This document shows positions 60,833 to 64,000 of a stretch of DNA of 64,000 nucleotides, piece after piece; position 1 is the stretch's first letter, and every line of letters begins with the position of its first letter. This DNA is from Myxococcota bacterium (GTDB lineage: Bacteria; Myxococcota_A; UBA9160; JAFDDA01): the NCBI GenBank assembly GCA_965228475.1, contig OZ245817.1:3136001-3200000 (forward strand), written 5' to 3'. The position numbers and the translations under genes are program-made. Under the pieces are notes generated by a model. It was given only the letters and a program-made list of their open reading frames with translations. It did no database searches and was not told the origin of the DNA.

Positions 60833-61435
60833 ATGGCCGAAGACATGAAGCGCGAACGCGTCGCCGGCACCGCCTGCGCCCTGCGCGGCGACGACATCGA
60901 TACGGACCGCATCATCCCGGCGCGCTACCTGCGCGTGGTCACCTTCGACACGCTCGGACCCCACGCCTTCGAGGACGACCGCGAACAGGCCAAGGGAAAC
61001 CACCCCCTCGACGACGACCGCTTCGCCGGCGCGAAGATCCTGGTCGTGGGCGACAACTTCGGCTGCGGGTCTTCCCGGGAGCACGCGCCCCAGGCGCTCA
61101 TGCGCTTCGGCTTCGAGGCCTTCGTCGGCGTTTCGTTCGCGGAGATCTTCCGCGGCAACTGCACGGCGCTCGGGCTGCCCTGCGTGACCCTCGCACCGAA
61201 CGACGTCGAGGCGCTGCTCGAGAGCATCGAGCTCGACCCGAGCCAGGAGGTCGTGGTCGACCTCGTCGCGCGCACGGTGACCTCGCGGGTCGGCACGGCA
61301 GCGGCGAGCCTGCCGGACGGCGCACGCCAGCAGCTCCTCGAGGGAACGTGGGACGGCACGGCCGTTCTGCTCGAGGCGGGCGACGCCATCGAGCGGACCG
61401 CCGCCGCCCTGCCCTACGTCGACGGCGCCTACTAG
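60833..61435 (+). CDS. leuD: 3-isopropylmalate dehydratase small subunit
   Basis: DIDTDRIIPARYL, NFGCGSSREHAPQAL, SFAEIFRGN. Confidence 0.96.
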   Translation: MAEDMKRERVAGTACALRGDDIDTDRIIPARYLRVVTFDTLGPHAFEDDREQAKGNHPLDDDRFAGAKILVVGDNFGCGSSREHAPQALMRFGFEAFVGVSFAEIFRGNCTALGLPCVTLAPNDVEALLESIELDPSQEVVVDLVARTVTSRVGTAAASLPDGARQQLLEGTWDGTAVLLEAGDAIERTAAALPYVDGAY

Positions 61436-61453
61436 CGCAGCCGCCGGCCGGCC

Positions 61454-62221
61454 CTAGAACTTCGGGTCGCGCTTCTCGAGGAAGGCGGACATGCCCTCGC
61501 GGCTCTCGCCGCCGGCGAACAGCCCGCCGAAGGCCCCCTGCTCGAGCGCGTGGGCGACGCGCACGTCCGCGTCGGCCCCTTCGAGCAGCAGCCGCTTCGC
61601 CACGGCCACGGCCCGCGGGCCCTTGCCCGCCACGTGGTTCGCGCTGTCGAAGGCGGCGTCGAGCAGCTCGTCGGGTTCGCACACCCGGTTCACGAGGCCC
61701 ATCTGGAGCGCCTGCTCCGCGCGGATGGCCTCCCCGCCGAGGACGAGCTCACGCACGGCGCCCGGGCCGACCCGGCGCGCGAGCCGGCTCGTCCCGCCGA
61801 AGCCTGGAATCAGGCCGAGCTTCACTTCGGGCTGCCCGAACCGGGCCTTGCTCGAGGCGTAGATCCAATCGCAGGCGCAGGCGAGTTCGCAGCCGCCGCC
61901 GAGGGCGAAGCCGTTCACCGCGGCGATGACCGGGACCTCGAGGGCTTCGAGGCTCTCCATCACGCGGTGCCCGAGGGCGCTGAAGGCCTGGGCGCCGGCC
62001 GCATCGAGTTCGCTCATCTCCGCGATGTCGGCCCCGGCGACGAAGGCACGGCCGCTACCCGTGAGGATCGCGGCGCGCACGCCGTCGTCGGCCGCGATCT
62101 CGGCGACCCGCTCGTGCAGCGCCTCCAGCGTCTCGCGGTTCAGGGCGTTCAGGACGTCGGGACGGTTCATCGTGACGAGCGCCACGGCGTCGTGGCGCTC
62201 GAGCAGGACCGGATCGCTCAA
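61454..62221 (-). CDS. Enoyl-CoA hydratase/isomerase
   Basis: NRPDVLNAL, AFVAGADI, GFALGGGCEL, FGQPEVKLGLIPGFGG. Confidence 0.95.
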   Translation of the reverse strand: MSDPVLLERHDAVALVTMNRPDVLNALNRETLEALHERVAEIAADDGVRAAILTGSGRAFVAGADIAEMSELDAAGAQAFSALGHRVMESLEALEVPVIAAVNGFALGGGCELACACDWIYASSKARFGQPEVKLGLIPGFGGTSRLARRVGPGAVRELVLGGEAIRAEQALQMGLVNRVCEPDELLDAAFDSANHVAGKGPRAVAVAKRLLLEGADADVRVAHALEQGAFGGLFAGGESREGMSAFLEKRDPKF

Positions 62222-62252
62222 GGGTTCTCCTCGTTCGGGTGAAGGGGTCGCT

Positions 62253-64000
62253 CTACTTCCAGAGCGATTCGTCGGGGAGCGGGAACAGCGACGTTCCCGC
62301 CGGATAGAGCGGCAGCGGATCGACGATGAGGGGCGCGGGCCAGCGCGGGTCGATCGCCGTCTCGAAGAAGATCAGCCGCTGGGCGCGGGACTCGACGGCC
62401 GACTGCGCGCAGAAGTGGCCTTCGTTCGAGCTGCGTTCGGACAGCGGGGGCGACATGCAGCCGGGCGTGATCGGGATGCCGGGCACGCCGTCGGGCACGA
62501 ACTGGTAGAACGCCGCCGTCGTCTCCGGATCGACGTTCCCCGCGACCGAACCCTCGCGCACCTTCAGGAAGGGGACGGCGCGCTGGACCGGCCCGAGGTG
62601 CGGCAGGTCGCCGAGCTGCCAGGCCGAAGACTCCGTCGCGTGGTTCGGCACGAGGGAATCGTCGAGGCCCTCCACCATCAGCACGCTCGCCTTCTTCACG
62701 CTGCAGTTCCCCGGCCCGTCGCACCAGTCCGGGGCGAGGCAGGTCTCGAGATCGTCGCAGACGAGCGGGACGACGGCCGGCTCGCGGTAGACGAAGCGGC
62801 CGTGGTTGTGCTTGTCCTGGCGGTCGAAGTCCGCCTGGAAGACCGACGTCGCCGCCCAGATGTCGGCGGGGGTGAGCGCCGGGAAGAGGATCGGGAGGGA
62901 CTCGAGGAAGGTCGCCGCCTGCTGGTGCAGGAGCGTCTCGAGCAGGCGCGCACCGCCCACCATCAGGGCCGCCGCGTCGACTTCCGGGGCGTAGGCGACG
63001 AAGGCCTGGCCGTTGTTGCCGCCCTCGCTGATCCCCATGTAGAGGAGCTTCGTCGGGTCGAGGTCCGGGACGCCGTCCGGCGCGCCAAGCGGAAGCAGAT
63101 CGAAGTCGCCGAGGCTCTCGATCATGCGCACGAAGGCGAGCTGTTCACCGAGGGTCTGGTGCCAGTGGTCCCCGAGCTGCTGGTTCGAAAGCAGGTCGAG
63201 CACGATCCCGAAGACCTGGTTCGTGATGCGGACCTCGTCGTCGTCGTTCGGGTCCTCGTACTCGATGCACGCGGCACCGGGGCTCGAGTTCGGCGGCGCG
63301 ACCTCGCGGTTCAGGATGTCGGTGAAGCCGATCACCGCGTAGCCGGCCTGGGCGAGGAAGCGCCTCGCGTTGCGCAGCACCTCGGTCTCGGACTCGCCCG
63401 GGTTGCCGTGCTGATACATCACGATCGGGACCGGCCCGTCGAGGGCGGCCTCCGGCAGCGCGAGGCGGAAGCAGGCGGGCCGCGAGCCCGTCACGACGGG
63501 TCGCCCTTCGGCGTCGCGCCGCAGGTACACGCCGTCGCGCCAGTTCGGCGCGTCCCAGGTCCCGCGCACGAGGGCGGCCACGTGGTTCGCGGGCTCCGGC
63601 TCGACGGCGTCGGGGTTCGCCGGGTCGATGTGGAGGGCCGGCGGGGGCGCCGCCAGGATCTGGCGCTTCATCACCTGGACGTCGTCCTGGATCGAATCCG
63701 TCGAGCGCACCGAGACGAGTGCGGCGAAGGCGATGTCGTCGGGCAGGAGCCGCGGGCGCACGACCTTGCGCCCGGCGAAGAGCACCTCCCCGAACCGGGA
63801 GCGATTCTCGGTGACGGCCGGAGGCTCGCCCGCAACGGGCTCTCCCATCACGCCTTCGAGGTAGGCGGAGGGCGCGAGGGGCCGACCCGGGCCGGCGTTC
63901 ACCCGGCGCGTCAGGAAGAAGGCGTACTGCCCCTCCGGCTCGAGGGGGATCGACGGGAAGACGAGCAGCGTGTTCGAGACGCGTCCGAAGGGCGTCACGT
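62253..64000 (-). CDS. Large lipase-like alpha/beta hydrolase, 5' end outside the window
   Basis: PIVMYQHG, nucleophile elbow YMGISEGG, GLDDSLVPN, EGH; ORF is open to the window end. Confidence 0.65.
   Translation of the reverse strand, partial: VTPFGRVSNTLLVFPSIPLEPEGQYAFFLTRRVNAGPGRPLAPSAYLEGVMGEPVAGEPPAVTENRSRFGEVLFAGRKVVRPRLLPDDIAFAALVSVRSTDSIQDDVQVMKRQILAAPPPALHIDPANPDAVEPEPANHVAALVRGTWDAPNWRDGVYLRRDAEGRPVVTGSRPACFRLALPEAALDGPVPIVMYQHGNPGESETEVLRNARRFLAQAGYAVIGFTDILNREVAPPNSSPGAACIEYEDPNDDDEVRITNQVFGIVLDLLSNQQLGDHWHQTLGEQLAFVRMIESLGDFDLLPLGAPDGVPDLDPTKLLYMGISEGGNNGQAFVAYAPEVDAAALMVGGARLLETLLHQQAATFLESLPILFPALTPADIWAATSVFQADFDRQDKHNHGRFVYREPAVVPLVCDDLETCLAPDWCDGPGNCSVKKASVLMVEGLDDSLVPNHATESSAWQLGDLPHLGPVQRAVPFLKVREGSVAGNVDPETTAAFYQFVPDGVPGIPITPGCMSPPLSERSSNEGHFCAQSAVESRAQRLIFFETAIDPRWPAPLIVDPLPLYPAGTSLFPLPDESLWK

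Overview
High-GC (about 70% by eye) bacterial chromosomal window with about 52 protein genes and one tRNA. PEP-CTERM proteins, lipoproteins, a porin and RND pumps indicate a diderm. The gene style is compatible with a Myxococcota/deltaproteobacterial-type lineage, but this is low confidence. Contents from left to right: a partial argA-like gene, an SLC13 permease, a TetR-RND efflux operon with a perfect palindromic operator, and an alternative sigma-70. Next is an 11.5 kb guanidine/urea-carboxylase locus: divergent sigma-54 promoters, ABC transporter, TorF-like porin, a NikR paralog lacking its nickel ligands, cgdAB, carboxylase, atzF and a coupled secreted protein. After that come uppP with a second RND pair, thrH, a cytochrome c, a HupE/PPIase/oxidoreductase cluster, pfkB, and metF-purN. 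A split mutasome follows (imuA-imuB, dinB, dnaE2), in which imuA and dnaE2 share a 30-bp promoter/operator motif, interleaved with an apparently catalytically dead sulfoquinovosidase-like GH31 lipoprotein. The window ends with tkt, an SDR, a ParA-like gene, an atypical tRNA-Pro(UGG), leuCD and a partial hydrolase. Many transcription units have a TAnnnT box 6-8 nt before the start codon, suggesting widespread leaderless mRNAs. No transposase, integrase, prophage or CRISPR array was seen. The best candidates for undescribed biology are the riboswitch-less, sigma-54/NikR-paralog-controlled guanidine catabolic module and the imuA/dnaE2 direct-repeat operator. All homology calls are from motif recognition by eye, not database searches.
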